Origin: the human T2T-CHM13v2.0 reference genome, Homo sapiens
Assembly (NCBI RefSeq): GCF_009914755.1
Contig: NC_060929.1
DNA: 64,000 nucleotides
Reading direction: 5' to 3' (one strand)
In this document: positions 27,981-45,200 of the stretch, in pieces
How the letters are laid out: every line of letters begins with the position of its first letter
Numbering within the stretch: position 1 is the first letter of the stretch
Program-made: the position numbers and the translations under genes
Notes under the pieces: generated by a model
Databases searched by the model: none
Told to the model about the DNA's origin: nothing
What the model saw: only the letters and a program-made list of their open reading frames with translations

Positions 27981-29134
27981 ACTGGATTTGTGTTTTAAAT
28001 GGAGGAGAGGCCTACTTCAGCTCTTACCTTTCCTTTTTTTAAAGTGGAGAAAATGGCTTCAAAGCCCTGTAACCCTCACTGGAAGTATTCTGGACTTGTA
28101 AAAGCAGGAAAAAGTCACATGTCTTTTTACCTTTTAACTTAATAGCAGCTGCCTGTAAATGCTGAAGTTCAAAACAAGTAAAGAAAATTACTCTGGTAAT
28201 GAAAGGGTTACTGCTATTATAGTGCTGCTAATCCAGTTATGGGAAAGCTCCACATTGCCAGAAGCAGGTAATTAAACAGAACTAAAAAGCAACGCAAAAG
28301 AAAAAAGAAGTGGGGGTGGGGCGGGTGAATCGAGAGCAGCTCAAATAAAAGAGCTCAATCAAGTGTAGAGGAAGTACTTTCTAGAGGCACCCAAACCCAC
28401 CCAAATCAGGAAAAGCCAGGAGCTAAATTTGTCCTTAAGTACCTGGAAGAAACATAAGGAAATGTCTAAATGCCACAGCTTGGTCATAAAAGGAACTTAC
28501 CCAGGGTGCTAGAAGGAAAGAAGTGGTATGTTTATGACTGCCCAATGGCAGACCATTCAGGATTCGAAAGGTTATCTTCCTTCCTGTCTAAATGCATCCA
28601 ACATTGAGGAGGAAGTCAGCACAAAGTTTGAAAGAGTGCATATATGTTCCAGTTCTAGCCATTCCAAAAGACTCGTTCCTGAATTCCTGATAGAGCCAAC
28701 TATTGCTAATAGTCACATAGAAATAGTCTTGTGTTGCAAATCCGCAGGAACTGATGGCCACTTTATTATGCACTGCCTTCTAAATCTAGAGAAAATGATA
28801 TAACGGATTTCACATGTTGGGGCCAAAATCCAAAGAACCTTGGATAGCCAGCATTGGGAATATGAGGGAGAATTTTCATGTCTTCATTTCTTCACACACT
28901 TTCTTGTTCCTAATGTTTTCTGGGCACTTTGAGGTTTTCTTTATCCAATTCAAACAACCAGATATTCAAAGATATCCAATTCAATAATCAACTCCCTAAT
29001 TAGAAGAGTCTAGATAATATATAGAATCCATTCAACCTGGCTACCCTCATGGTTTGATTTTGAGAGCCAACTCTATAAGGAAAACTATAGTTTTGTTAGG
29101 CAACATTATTCGGTAAAGGGCGGTTCACTCTTTT

Positions 29135-29138
<4 letters not shown>

Positions 29139-29165
<27 letters not shown>

Positions 29166-29166
29166 C
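29139..29166. repeat. (AT)n microsatellite
   Basis: Direct read. Confidence 0.95.
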
Positions 29167-29169
29167 AGC

Positions 29170-29800
29170 TTAATTGACATATAATCCACCTGTTTTAAAG
29201 TGTACAACTCAGTGGTTTTTAGTATATCCTCAGAGTTGTGTAACCATCACCACAATCAATTTCAGAACATTTCATCATAACCTCCCGCCGGGGAAAAAAA
29301 AACCCATATCCATTAGCAGTTGCTTACCTTCTCGTCCCAGCCCTCAGCAATCATTAATTGTTCTGCAGTCACTAATCTTTCTGTCAGATTTGCATGTTCT
29401 GGACTTGTCATATAAAGAGAATCATACAATATGTAGCATTTTGTGTCTGGCTTACTTTACTTAACATTTTTGAGGTCCATGCATGTGTAGCATGTATTGG
29501 TACTTAATTTTCTTTTCTTGCCAGATAAAATTCCATTGTGTAGATAGATATACCGTGTTTTGCTTATTCATTCATCAGTTGATGGACACTTGAGTTATTT
29601 CCACTTTTTGGCATTTATGAATAGTGCTGTTATGAACATTCATGTACAAGTTGTTGTGTGGACACATTTTCATTTGTCTTGGTAGAATTACTGGGTCATA
29701 TAGTAACTCTATGGTTTCACTTTTTGAGGAACTGCCAGATAGTCTTCCAAAGTGGCTGCATCATTTTACATTCCCACCAGCAGTATATGAGAGATTTACT
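29170..29800 (-). mobile_element. L1MB-type 3' fragment
   Basis: aagtgtacaactcagtggtttttagtatat..gatggacacttgagttatttccac..ttacattcccaccagcagtatatgag. Confidence 0.85.
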
Positions 29801-29994
29801 CTTCTATTCAGATGCTTCCTATCTGCTAGCTATGGGACCCTGTGCCAAGTGTACGTAACTTAAGAACACCTCCATTTATTGTCTGTAAAATAGGGATAGT
29901 GATAATATCTACTTTGCGGGGTTGTTGTGAAAAATAAATGAAGTGATGTGTGCTAATATTCTTGGTACAAAGTCCTCAATAGTTCCCCCTCCTT

Positions 29995-30209
29995 CTTTTT
30001 TTTTTTTTTTCCTCGAGACAGGGTCAAGCAGTCCTCCCACCTCAGCCTCCTGAGCAGCTAGGACTACAGGCATACGCCACCACACCAGCTAATTTTTGTG
30101 TTGAGACAAGATATTGCCATGTTGCCCAGGCTGGTCTGGGCTCAAGTGATCCACATGCCTCGGCCTCCCAAAGTGCTGGGATTACAGGCATGAGCCACAG
30201 CACCTGGCC
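29995..30209 (-). mobile_element. AluJ with deletions
   Basis: TSD tagttccc(c/t)tcct. Confidence 0.8.
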
Positions 30210-31089
30210 TAGTTCCCTTCCTTCTGTCTGTAGTATTTGATTGTCAACTTTTATTCTCTAATAGGGAGATAAAGATGAAATTGTAACTTTATATTAACAC
30301 TAAGTGATTCATACGCATAGCTGGTGCTGAATAAACACTTTTCGTGGATAACTGAAAACAGCAATAGAACTTATATTGTTTTAACACCAAAATAAATGTA
30401 TTTCTTTCTCCCTGGTATGGAACTAATACCTGAGACTATAAGAAGAGAAAGCATAGAAATAAGTCAGCTTTTTTGTTTGTCTGGAATTTTCAGATTTTTC
30501 TGAAAACATTTTTTATTTCCCCACATTTTAAGAGTTTCAAACATATAGAATTAAAAGAATATTCTAGTGATCACCCATATGCATACCATCTAGATTCAAC
30601 AATTGGTAATTTTTGCATGTTTGCTTTATCTATGTGTGTGTGTCTTTTGCTAAGCTATTTTAGAGAGCTACAGACATCAACACACTTCACTCCTGAATAC
30701 TCCAAGCTGCTGCTTCTAAAAATTTTACCAATTACCGTTACCGCACCTAAGAAAATGGAGTATAGTTCTCTACATCCTCTACTGCCCAGTCAATACTCAG
30801 ATTTTTCTCAGTTCACCTCAAAATATCTCTAAAGAAGATCCAATCTGACAAGCCAGCTTTGCTTTTCATCAATCTGAGCACCTGTGACTGTTTAGAATCA
30901 CTAACATCAGCAGAAACAAATTATATTTTTGCTGTTGTTTTCAGATTTTAGCTCAACTGGCACCTCTGTTCTATCCAGCTACTTTCTTTGCCTTGGTTCT
31001 GATTAAGCCTGAGGTAGGGAGTAGTGCAAAACTGTGTGTTGTTGTTTATGTGTGATGATATTCAACTAAATAAAATGGACATTGATTGT

Positions 31090-31615
31090 CATAGACATTT
31101 GTTAGCTACCTCCTCGCTATTCTTCTCCTCTTCTTCTTTCTAATACCAACTTGAACCTTGAATAAACAGGTGGTCTGTTGGCCATTGACCAGGAATGGGC
31201 TCCACCAGTTTATCCTTTCTCCCTTAGTGCTTAGTCCAGGGAAGGACCCGTGAGCCACATTGGGCCAATCAGAGGTAGGACTAAACATCAGAGGTTTTGA
31301 CTGAGCTATGGGAAGAGCAAAGTTTCTCTTTTCTGCTAGACCTAAAAAAGGAAACCTGTAATCCCAGGAATTTACTGGCAGCTATCTGGGATACAAAAGG
31401 AAAGAACCAACTGAAGATTTAGCCAACAGAAGAAAGAGAACCTGAGACAAAAAAGAAACCAGGACCTGGTCACAGTGTAAGAGCTCTAAGCCTTATCTGA
31501 AGCCAGCATGCAGACCTCCTCACTCTTTAATTTATATTACCCAATAGATTACCTTTTTTGGCTTAAGCCAGTTTGGGTTGTGTTTTTGATTATTTACAGT
31601 TAAGAGTCCCAAGGC
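31090..31615. mobile_element. Old MaLR/ERVL-type LTR remnant (MLT1K/L-like)
   Basis: gggccaatcagag..cttatctgaagccag..ggcttaagccagtttgggttg..agagtccc motifs typical of old MLT1 LTRs. Confidence 0.45.
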
Positions 31616-31699
31616 ATTCAATCCTTATAATTTGCTTGTCACCCATCCCTGAGTATAATATGCTGCTATGAACATAAGGAGGTAACTAATAATAATAAT

Positions 31700-33772
<2,073 letters not shown>

Positions 33773-33994
33773 TGACCCCCAAGACCTTCCAATGTCTTAG
33801 AGTGGGGGCAGACACATAAATGATGTGGGTTGGTTATCACAGATATACAAAGTGGTGTGGGTTAGTTGTGATAGAGGTGAGAAAATGTTACCATGAAAAT
33901 GCAAATAGTGTGAAGTGGGTGGGATTAGCCCATTTGTGGGTTCTTGAGGGGATGGGGAGAGATATTCTGAGTGTTGAAAAATGCATAGGAGTCA

Positions 33995-34448
<454 letters not shown>

Positions 34449-35835
34449 CTTCAAACAACCCATGGAGAGTCAACAGCTTCTCACAATAGTTGATCAGTTA
34501 TAAAAAGCCAGCTAGCTTCTACCAGTTAAGATACCAGTAACAGTGGTGCCAATTGTTCAGATTATATGAAATTACAACTCCTATGTGTTATATATTCTAT
34601 AATGTGAAGCAACTTGTGCACCCTGCAAACCAGGGTCCCTTGTAAATCACTGCATGGAGTAGTTTCATGGAGTAATAGGAGAATCAGTGATATTGTGGGT
34701 CCTCTTTTATCAATTATGTCACTTACCGCTGCGTATCCATATATTCTTTTTAATAAACTGCTATATATTAAAAAAAAAAAAAAAAAGACGTGCACCCAGA
34801 AGTGAAAGAATCAAGTTTAGGCACCTGCCAGATGCAGACAACCTGAAGACCACCAGCAACCTGCACTGCCTTAGCTGGCTTCTGCCCAGGTGGGGTCTGA
34901 TGCAGCTGCTGGTGCCTGGGGAGGATTTAAGTGGGGGAGAGAGAGCATAAGGTGACCACAGGCCCTCACAAGTGCAGAGAACTCTCACTTTTTGGATGGA
35001 GATTGAGGCATTTAATTAATATCTTGACACATTTCTAATTACCAAAGCCAGACTGATTTTTTACTTAAAGTGAGTAGGAGTGCCCACTAATTAAGAATTC
35101 TTGATATCTGTCCAAGTTTCCACTGGAAGGCAGAAAAAAATTACTCCTTCTGAATACTTAAAGGGATAGTGAGTGATAAAATCAGATTGCATTTTGATTG
35201 CATCACAAATCTTCCGAGTTACTTCCAGAGTGTAAAGTTCATATAAGAAAGGATATGCAAAACAATTATGATTGGATCTCAGATTTACAGAGGGAATGGG
35301 GGGAAAGATGAGGTAAGCTGGGGCCAGTCCAGGAGTTAAGGAGGGACTTTTCATGCCATGCGAAGGAGTTTGGACTTTAACACAGAAATCAGTTAAATGC
35401 TGAGGAGTTGACTTAGAAGAGTAACATTTAGGGCATTTACTATGTTTTAGGTCCTGTACTAGGTAGTTTACATGAATTATCACATTTAATTATCATGAAA
35501 AACCTATGAAGTAGATAGTATAATTATTGCCATTCTAAAAATGAGAGAACTGAGGCATAGAGAGGTCAAGTAACTTGTCCAGAGTCACGCAGCTAGCAGC
35601 AGCAGAACTCAGATACAACCCAGACTTGTCAGGGTTCTATGTGTATATCCCCCATTATGCTGCACCTGCTTCCTGTCCCACTGATAATGCCAGGATAGAT
35701 GATGAGTTTGTTCACAGAGTGTAGAACTCAAGCCCCACTGGTGTCTCCTTAGTAATGAATGAACGATTATTTTACCTGAAATGACTATATAAACAAAAGA
35801 CAATAACACTTCAGGAATCTTCCCTGTGAGTTATC

Positions 35836-36142
35836 TTTGTTTTTGTTTTTGTTTTTGTTTTTTGAGACAAAGGCTCACTTTGTTGCCCATGCTGGAGTGG
35901 AGTGCCATGATCTCGGCTCACTGCAACCTCTGCCTCCTGGGTTCAAGCGATTCTGCCTCAGCCTCCTGAGTAGCTGGAACTACAGTCATGCGCCACCACT
36001 CCCAGCTAATTTTTGTATTTTTAGTAGAGATGGGGTTTCACCATGTTGGCCAGGCTGGTCTTGAACTCCTGACCTCAGGTGATCCACCCACCTCGGCCTC
36101 CCAAAGTGTTGGGATTACAGGCGTGGGCCACCGCGCCAGGCC
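35836..36142 (-). mobile_element. AluS
   Basis: TSD cctgtgagtt. Confidence 0.9.
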
Positions 36143-36164
36143 CCTGTGAGTTTTCTTTGATGTC

Positions 36165-36510
36165 TGATATGGTTTGGCTGTGTCCCCATCCAAATCTCAT
36201 CTTGAATTGTGGCTCCCATAATTCCCACCTGGGAGGTAATTGAATCATGGGGGCAGGTTTTTCCCATGCTGTTCTCGTGATAGTGAATAAGTCTCACGAG
36301 ATCTGATGGTTTTATAAAGGGCAGTTCCCCTGTACACCCACTCTTGCCTGCTGCGATGTAGGACACGCCTTTGCTCCTTCTTCACCTTCCGCCATGATTG
36401 TGAGGCTCCCCCAGCCATGTGGAACTGTGAGTCCATTAAACCTGTTTTTCTTTATAAATTACCCAGTCTCAGGTATGTCTTTACTAGCAGCATGAGAACA
36501 GACTAATACA
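36165..36510 (+). mobile_element. THE1 (THE1C/D-like) solo LTR
   Basis: tgatatggtttggctgtgtcccc...gaacagactaataca with a perfect 5-bp TSD ATGTC (36160-36164, 36511-36515). Confidence 0.9.
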
Positions 36511-36825
36511 ATGTCTCCACATTGTTTCACAAAATAAGAACGTTTGCTTTGGGTCATAGACTTCTGAGTAGAGTGTGGCTAATTAATTACTCTTTCTAAA
36601 TGGGAAATGGAGGTGGCGGCTAGGAGAGTGCAGACTAGAGTTACTCTAACTGGGTTCAAAGCCTGGCTCTGCCTCTTACCAGCTGTGTGACCTTGGCCGA
36701 GGTACTCAACTTTTCTTTGCCTAATTTCCTATTTAATAACACCTACCTCACAGGATTTTGTGGTCAGATGTGTCATTATACATATAAAGTACTTAGAACA
36801 ATGTCTTGCACAAGGAAAGCAGCAT

Positions 36826-37162
36826 TGCTATGGTCTGAACGTTTATGTTCCCCCAAAATTCATATGTTAAAATCTATTATTCACTGCAATAGTATTAAGA
36901 GATGGGGTTTCTGGGAGGTGATTAGGTCATGAGGGCTCTGTTCTCATAAATGGAATTAGAGGCTTGAGGGAGCTTGTTCGCCCCTTCTGCCATGTGAGGA
37001 CACGTAGAAAGCACTATCACCAGGAACAGGCTGTCACCAGACAACCGTTGCTGCCTTGATCTTAGACTTGCCAACATCTAGAACTGTGAGCAATATATTT
37101 ATATTGTTTATAAATTACCTTATCTAAGATATGTTGTTATAGCAGCCCAAGCCAGGATAAGC
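36826..37162 (+). mobile_element. MaLR LTR (MLT1A/MST-like)
   Basis: tgctatggtctgaacgtttatgttcccccaaaattcatatgtt...gttatagcagccc. Confidence 0.75.
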
Positions 37163-37602
37163 ACTATCATAATTGTTATTATTATTATTTTTGGCTTATC
37201 ATGCTTATACCTTCACTATTCAAAGATACTAAAGATACTATCAGTCAGTATTTACTGAGCACATATTCATAGCATCTGTTAGATGCTAGGTGCCATATAA
37301 GTGAATTAGAACACACAATTCCTGCAGGTGCTAAGTGTGATGTAAATGAACCAGACCATAATTTCTGCCTTCAAGCCTGTTATGACCCAGTTAGATAGAT
37401 GGACCTACGTATGCTGCCATGTTATAAAGCTGCATGATACATATTTTATCCCTTAATTGATTATAAACTCTTTCTGGCATGAGCCACAGTTTCTTTCTTT
37501 TTGAATCCCTCGCTCCTTCTCTCTTCCACTTAGGAGATTGTCTATAGTATGTCTTCAGCTAATTTGTCATCAACTTCCAAAAAACTTATTTTATTTGTTT
37601 CC

Positions 37603-37893
37603 TTTTTTTTTTCAAGACAGTCTCGCTTTGTCACCTAGGCTGGAGTTCAGGCACAATCTCGGCTTACTGCAACCTCCACCTCCCAGGCTCAAACAATTCT
37701 CCTGTCTCAGCCTCCTGAGTAGCTAGGATTACAGGTACCCGCCACCGTGCTCAGCTAATTTCTATATTTTTAGTAGAGATGGGGTTTCACCATGTTGGCC
37801 AGGCTGGTCTCAAACTCCTGACCTCAGGTGATCCACCTGCCTACTAGGCCTCTCAAACTGGTGGGATTACAGGTGTGAGGCACTGCACCTGGC
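37603..37893 (-). mobile_element. AluS
   Basis: Reverse-complement Alu; TSD approximately aaaaa(a/c)cttatttt. Confidence 0.88.
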
Positions 37894-38621
37894 TGCAAAA
37901 ACCTTATTTTCAATAAACTTTCCTGCTGACCACTCCTATTAAGGTTCTGGTGCTTTCTTCATAGTGTCTTTACTCAAGTGTTCTCAGCATCAAGCTTCCA
38001 ATCCACTGACCCTACCAGCTCTTTACATCTTCTCCTTATGTCCTGCCATCTCTCTTCACCCACCATAAGTTCTATGGTGTGTCATTTAAATGTGCCACTT
38101 ACAAGGATTCTTGGCTCTCTGTCTGCTCTGTACCTGCACCTGAGTGGCTGATATTGCTGGATAAATCACACAACCAATCACAAATCTCAAATCTGAGCCT
38201 TCAGGCCCACTCCACAATCCCACTGCATTGTCCTGGTACATTTGTTTCCCACTCCCAGAGGGGCATGCTCTGCTGTCTTCTCAAACCTTCCACACCACCC
38301 ATCCTCTCTCTTCCACTATTTTCAGCTGAGTGAGTAGCTGAGAAAATCAAAGTGATCCATCAAATCCCTTGTCTATCCACCATGAAATGACCAGAACGTA
38401 GCGGTATTTTAGGCCTTCTTTCTTGTACCCTGGTAGAGGTTCCCTGGCTTCAACAAAAGATCAGATTCTCCACTAGCAATCTGAATCTCAGCCTCTTGTT
38501 TTTTTCCAGCATTTAGAATCTGAAATAAATCCCTCTTTCTCATACCATCAAGTCCCCTCTCTACTGGGTCATTTCCACTAGCATAGAAACATGATTAGAA
38601 TGGCGGTTGTTTAAAAAATGT

Positions 38622-38922
38622 GTCCAAACACGGTGGCTTGCACCTGCAATCCCAACACTTTGGGAGACCAAGGCAGGAAGACCGTGTGAGGCCAACAGTT
38701 TGAGACTGGTCTGGGCAACCTTGTAAGGTCCCATCTCTAAAAATTTTTTTAAAATTAGCTAAGCATGGTGGCACACACCTTTAGTGCCAGCTATTGAGAA
38801 GGCTGAGGCAGGAGGACTGATTGAGCCCAGGAGTTCAAGGCTGCAGTGAGCTATGATTGTGCCACTACATTCCTGCCTGGGTGACAGAGTGAGACCCTGT
38901 CTCTTAAAAAAAAAAAAAAAAA
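38622..38922 (+). mobile_element. AluJ
   Basis: Dimeric Alu with poly-A. Confidence 0.85.
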
Positions 38923-39194
38923 ATCCCCCCCTTGAATTTTGTGCCTCACAACCTTCACCTCCACTTCACTACAAAAAATATCCTGAAAAGTTGTCTATCG
39001 CAACTGCCTCAACTTCCTACCTTTTATTCTCCCCTTAATCCATTCCAATCAGAATTTAACCCCAAATATTTCACTGAGAGTTTTCTAGCAAGATCATGAA
39101 AGACTTCCTCACCAAATCCAGTGGTCCCTTGTCAGTACTGATCTTATTCTACCTGTCACCAGCCATTTCAAAGAGTTGACCATCTCCCCACCTC

Positions 39195-39503
<309 letters not shown>

Positions 39504-39546
39504 AATTATCTCCCCCTTTTAAAAACATTTTCTCCTCCTGATTTTT

Positions 39547-39972
39547 GCATTAGATGCCTAAGGCTGCTGTAACCAATGACTACAAATTGAATGGCTTAAG
39601 ATAAAAGAAATTTATTCCCTTACAGTTTTGGAGGCTAGAAGTTCAAAATCAAGGTGTCAGCATGGCCTTGTTCCCTCTGAAGTCTTTAGGAAAGAATCTT
39701 TCTTGACTATTCCTAGCTTCTGGTCACTCCTGCCAATCCTTGGTGTTCCTTGGCTTGTAGCTGCCTCACTCCAATCTCTGCCTCTGTCATCACATGGCCT
39801 TTTTGTAAGGACACCAGTCATTGGATTCAGGACCCACTGTAATCAGTATGACCTCATTTGAACTTATTAGATCTAACTAATCAGGTCTGTAAAGACCCTA
39901 TTTTCAAATAGGGTTACATTCTGAAATTCCAGATGGGCATGAATTCTGGGGAGAATACTGTTTAACCTGCCA
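39547..39972 (-). mobile_element. MLT1-type MaLR LTR
   Basis: ggctgctgtaacc..ggcttaa..agaaatttatt..acagttttggaggctagaagttcaaaatcaaggtgtcagca signature. Confidence 0.75.
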
Positions 39973-41252
39973 GTTTCGGTGACTGCATGCCTTCCCAGTT
40001 TTTCTTCTATCTCATTAGCTGTTCTTTCTCACTCTCATTTGAGGGCTACTTTGTCTTAGCTGTAAATGTTGGAGTGACCCAAGGCTTGGCTCAGGGCCCT
40101 TTCGCCTTCTGTAAACACACTGTCTCCTGAGGGGATATCGTCCACTCCCATGGTTTTAAAATTCCACTAATGACTCCCAAATTTGTGTTCCAGCCCTCAG
40201 CTGTACCCTTAGCTGTGTCCAAATCCCAGCCTCCTATTGATGATAGTAGTTAACACTTATTGGACACTCTCTATGTACCAGACCCTGTCTTAAGGTCTTT
40301 ATATGTATTAACTCATTTAATCCTCACAAGAAATTTACAGGGTGAGTACTGTTTTTATCCCCAATTCATAGATGAAGCAACTGAGGCACAAAGAGGTTAA
40401 GTAAATTGTTCAAGCCTACATAGGTGGGAGCCAGGTTGAGTCCAGAGTCTGCTCTTTTCACCACCACCTGTTCTGCCTTTCCTCTGGGATCCAGGCTTAT
40501 ATATCCCAACACATACTCAACATCTGCACCCAGATGTCTAATAGGCATGTTGGAGGTGAATTAAATAGAACATTGGACTCCTGCCCGTTACCTCCACCTT
40601 AATCTTTCCTTTCCTGGTCCCACATCTCAGCATATGGCACCACCAACCCAGATCTAGAAGTCAAGTTCAAATTTGATTCTCCTGTTTCCCCATTTACCCT
40701 AGTCTTCATTCCCGTGCCCAGCCAGTCCATCAGCAAGCCCTACTGGCTTGACCTCAAGCATAGGTCTCTAATCTGTCCACTTCTCTCCATTTTCACTACC
40801 ATCCTAGTTCATGCTGAGCTATCATTTCATGTTACTGCAATTAAATTCTAGTCTTTTTGCTTTCACTTTTTTGGTCTATCCCTAACCCAGTGGCTAGATA
40901 CATTTCTGAAAGATAATCAGACCATGACATGGCCCAGTTTCAGAGCCTTCCAGGTGTCCCTTATGTTCAAAATGCATACTCCTGTTCCTTGCCCACAGGG
41001 CCCAGCCTGACCTGGCACCTTTGCCTCTCTGCTCTCCTCTCTTACCACACTCCTCCTTAGTTCTCCAGCTTGAGTCACAGGCTTCATTTATGCTTTTCCA
41101 GGAACCCCAACCCATGCTTGCATCAGGCCCTCTGCACCTGTTCACTCTCCTGACAAAAATGGTAGCAGAAATGCTCCATCCTCACATCTTCCCTTCATTC
41201 AGACCTTGGCTCAGACATCACATGCTCAGACAGGACTTTTCTGAATCACTGC

Positions 41253-41931
<679 letters not shown>

Positions 41932-43189
41932 TGTTTGTATTTTAATAGCCTTTATCACTATTTAAAAATACCTCATTCATGTTTTATTTATTTGGACGGA
42001 GAGCTTTTCATTTACATTTTATCCCCAGTGCCTAGAATGGTGTCCAATACAGACTACTCAATATATATTTTTAAAGGGATGAATGAATGAAACTGAGTGT
42101 ACAGACAAGTGAGGTCAATCATGAGGTTGTTTATGGATCAGTTTTAAGGCATAGTTTGAAAGAGGGGAAGATGTTTTATTATAGTGGAGAAAGGACATTT
42201 TTAGCAAAGAAAACAATATATTCAAATAAATGATCTGGTCTTGAATAAGTGACAGATAGAAGCTGATAACTGTATTAATTCAGGTGATATAGAAAGTTGG
42301 TGACTACAAGAATAAAATTAGCTTATGAGAGCAGGGAGTTATCACTTAGATATTGAATGTCAAACTAAGGAGTTTAAATTCATTAATGACTTCAGCAAAT
42401 CTTTATTGATTTTCTTTTGGATGCAGATACTGTTCTAGGTACTTTTTGTACAATAATGAACAAGCAAGGTATAATCCCTGTCCTCATGGTATTTACAGTC
42501 TAGTGGAAAACTGACATCAAATACTATTCCATAAGCATTTATACAAATGGTCAAAGTGTGTGCTGAGTTAATATTTTGGAAAATTACTCATTGTGTGTTT
42601 TGTTCCCAGCATTACTTGTTCTCCTTTGGCTCTTACCCATTCAATCAGCTCAGTATTCTGCATGTAATGATGCAGAAGATAGATGAATTGCAGAATCCAA
42701 TATATAACTAACAAAAACCTTATCCTAGCTCTTGAGTTCCAAAATTCCAGTTTTCAGTAGGCATAGAATATAACTTCTGTCATGAATAGTGATTTGAGAA
42801 GATACTCACTGAATCAGAGCAAGGCTATTCTGGCCCAGAGACTGGCAACTTTTCCCCAGGATAGAGGAGAGTCAGAGGGAAGTGATTAGAACTTAGGTGG
42901 TGTTGGGTCTTTGCAAAATGGAGCCTCCACCCCATCTCATTTCCCAGGCCAACCTCCAGGGGATGACAAATTCAAGATTAGTTTGGACTTCATAAGAGCA
43001 AAAGAGACTGGTGCTCACATTCTCCAGGCCCAGCCCAGCAAGTTGACCAACACTGAGTAGAAATGGCTTTGTAGAAGCCTTTGCACTTGGACTTTGAAAC
43101 CTCACAGATTCCACCTGTGCTTCTCTTTGGTGCAGAAGAGCAAAGTGATCTCTAGGCACACAGGAGCAGTGCTCCAATGAAGCACAGCA

Positions 43190-44110
43190 TTGTTTTTCTG
43201 ACAGCAAATCTGTCATTTTCCAAGGACCACCAATTCTCCAATTCTTTGATACCAACTGGGTGTCCAATAATTCAATTCAACTCTGACACCAATTACCTGG
43301 AGTCAGTGCAGACCCCACAAGTTATGGGTTCAGTTGCATAACAATGCCTCCACTTCACATGTTAGCCGGATATGGGGCTCCAAGCTAACTGAACCTCTGC
43401 TCAATCAACTACAAATTTGGGGATTCCCATGACCCTCCCTGTATTAGTTCATTTCCACGCTGCTGATAAAGACATATCATGCTGATAAAGAACAGCATGG
43501 AAAAGAACTGAGCCCCTGATTCAATTACCTCCCACCACGTTCCTCCCACAACACATGGCAATTCAAGATGAGATTTGGGTGGGGACACAGCCAAACCATA
43601 TCACTCCCCACCCTCCACCAGGTTTGATAATTCGCTAGAAAGACTCACAGGACACAGGAAAGCACTATACTTACCACTGCAGTTTTATTATAAAGAATAC
43701 GATTCAGAAACAGCCAAATGGAAGAGATGCATAGAGCTAGCAAGGGAGTGGAAGGTGGACAGAAAGCCCATGCCCTCTCTGGGCATCCACCCACCCAGCA
43801 CATCAATATGTTCACAAACTCAGAACATCCCTAAACCTTGTTGTTCAAGAGATTTTACTGAAATTTCATTATGTAGGTGTGATTGGCCATTGGTGATTGA
43901 ACTCAATCTCCAGACCCTCTTCCCCTCTCCACAGTTAGGGGTTAGGGGATGGGGCTGAAAGTCGCCTGGTGATCAGCTCTATTCTGAAGCTCTCTAGAGG
44001 TTAAGAATTCTCTCATTAGCATGTGGTCAGGTATGATTCAAAGAGGCATGTTATGAATTACAAAAGAGTCCTATTAGGAAATTCTAAAGGTTTAGAAACC
44101 CTTGTTCCCC
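43190..44110 (-). mobile_element. MER21-like LTR containing a nested THE1 fragment
   Basis: accaactgggtgtccaataattcaattcaactctgacacc..ctggagtcagtgcagaccccacaagtt..tttgataattcgctagaaagactcacag signature. Confidence 0.65.
43440..43602 (-). mobile_element. Internally deleted THE1 LTR nested in the MER21-like LTR
   Basis: tgtattagttcatttccacgctgctgataaagacata...ggggacacagccaaaccatatca: both termini kept, TSD ctccc on both sides. Confidence 0.85.
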
Positions 44111-44279
44111 GCGTAACTACTCCACCCAAGGCAAGTCTCAAGCTGTCCAACTTGATGTCACTGAGTTCACCTGGAACCCAGATGAAATATCAGGAGGAAA
44201 GGGAAGGGTGAGTACTGACTCTATATCATTTTCAATTCCTGTTGAATAAGGGTTCAAATTGTAAATTAAAGCCTACTCT

Positions 44280-44341
44280 TCCTTTCCCTCCCTCCCTCCC
44301 TTCTTTCCTCTCTCCCTCCCTTGCTTCTTCTCTCCCTTCCT

Positions 44342-44405
<64 letters not shown>

Positions 44406-44733
44406 TTTCTTTCTTTTTCTTTCTTTCTTTCTTTCTCTTTTTTTTTCTTTTTTGAGATAGAGTCTTGCCCTGTCACCCAGGCTGGAGTGCGATGGCATGA
44501 TCTCAGCTCACAGCAACCTCCACCTCCCAGGTTCAAGCAATTCCCTGCCTCAGCCTCCCGAGTAGCTGGGACTACAGGTGCACGCCACCACATCTGGCTA
44601 ATTTTTTGTATTTTAGTAGAGATGGGGTTTCACCATGTTGGCCAGGATGATCTCCATCTCCTGACCTCGTGATCCACCCGCCTAGGCCTCCCAAAGTGCT
44701 GGGATTACAGGCATGAGTCACCACACCCAGCCT
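44280..44733 (-). mobile_element. AluSc-like element with an expanded (TTTC)n/(TCCC)n tail
   Basis: Polypyrimidine microsatellite 44280-44453, Alu body 44454-44733. Confidence 0.9.
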
Positions 44734-44816
44734 CTCTTTCTTTCTTTTGTTCACAAAGTCAACAGTGGCTGAGTGCCCATGTGTTTCACGGTGCTTGTCT
44801 AGTATATTTTTAAAAG

Positions 44817-45200
44817 GTGGCACCAGGGCGCTTCTGCTAAAATGGGTCTGTTGTTCATGGAGGAGCTGGGAGTAATGGCTCTGGAAGTGTGGGGAGACCA
44901 ACAGCTGACAGGGATCAGCCCTTTCAGTCCAAGTGGGACACTGCTGCCTACATTATCTTCCTCACCTTCGTCAGCACCCTGTTGTTCTTGCTGTTGCTCA
45001 TTATCATCCACTGTTGCTGCAGCTGCTGCTGCAACTCCCAGAAAGTGAGCCCCCAGAACAAAAAATTCCAGTAGGGTAGGTAACTTGGCCCTTGTACCTT
45101 AACACCATGAGTCCCTGCCAGCCCCTTCCTGTATGTCTTGCCTTGTAGCAAGTAACAATCCCATGCCTTGTGTTTACCTAGAAAAATTAATTAAATTAAT
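44817..45200 (+). pseudogene. SMIM22 (CASIMO1)-like processed pseudogene with frameshifts
   Basis: Three frames give [16 protein letters not shown].. / ..[43 protein letters not shown] / ..VGNLALVP*. These are collinear with recalled SMIM22 (..EELEATVQEVLGR..QFFQSTWDTVAFIVFLTFMGTVLLLLLLVVAHCCC..GVDNLALEP*). No introns; A-rich remnant at about 45181-45200. Confidence 0.85.

Noticed and set aside
28528-29070. Non-repetitive-looking block with 91- and 61-aa ORFs upstream of the promoter
   Set aside because: No recognisable homology, splice pattern, tail or TSD; I cannot support any call without a search.
44232-44593. KERK-repeat and FFLS-repeat ORFs
   Set aside because: Translations of the (TTTC)n Alu tail.
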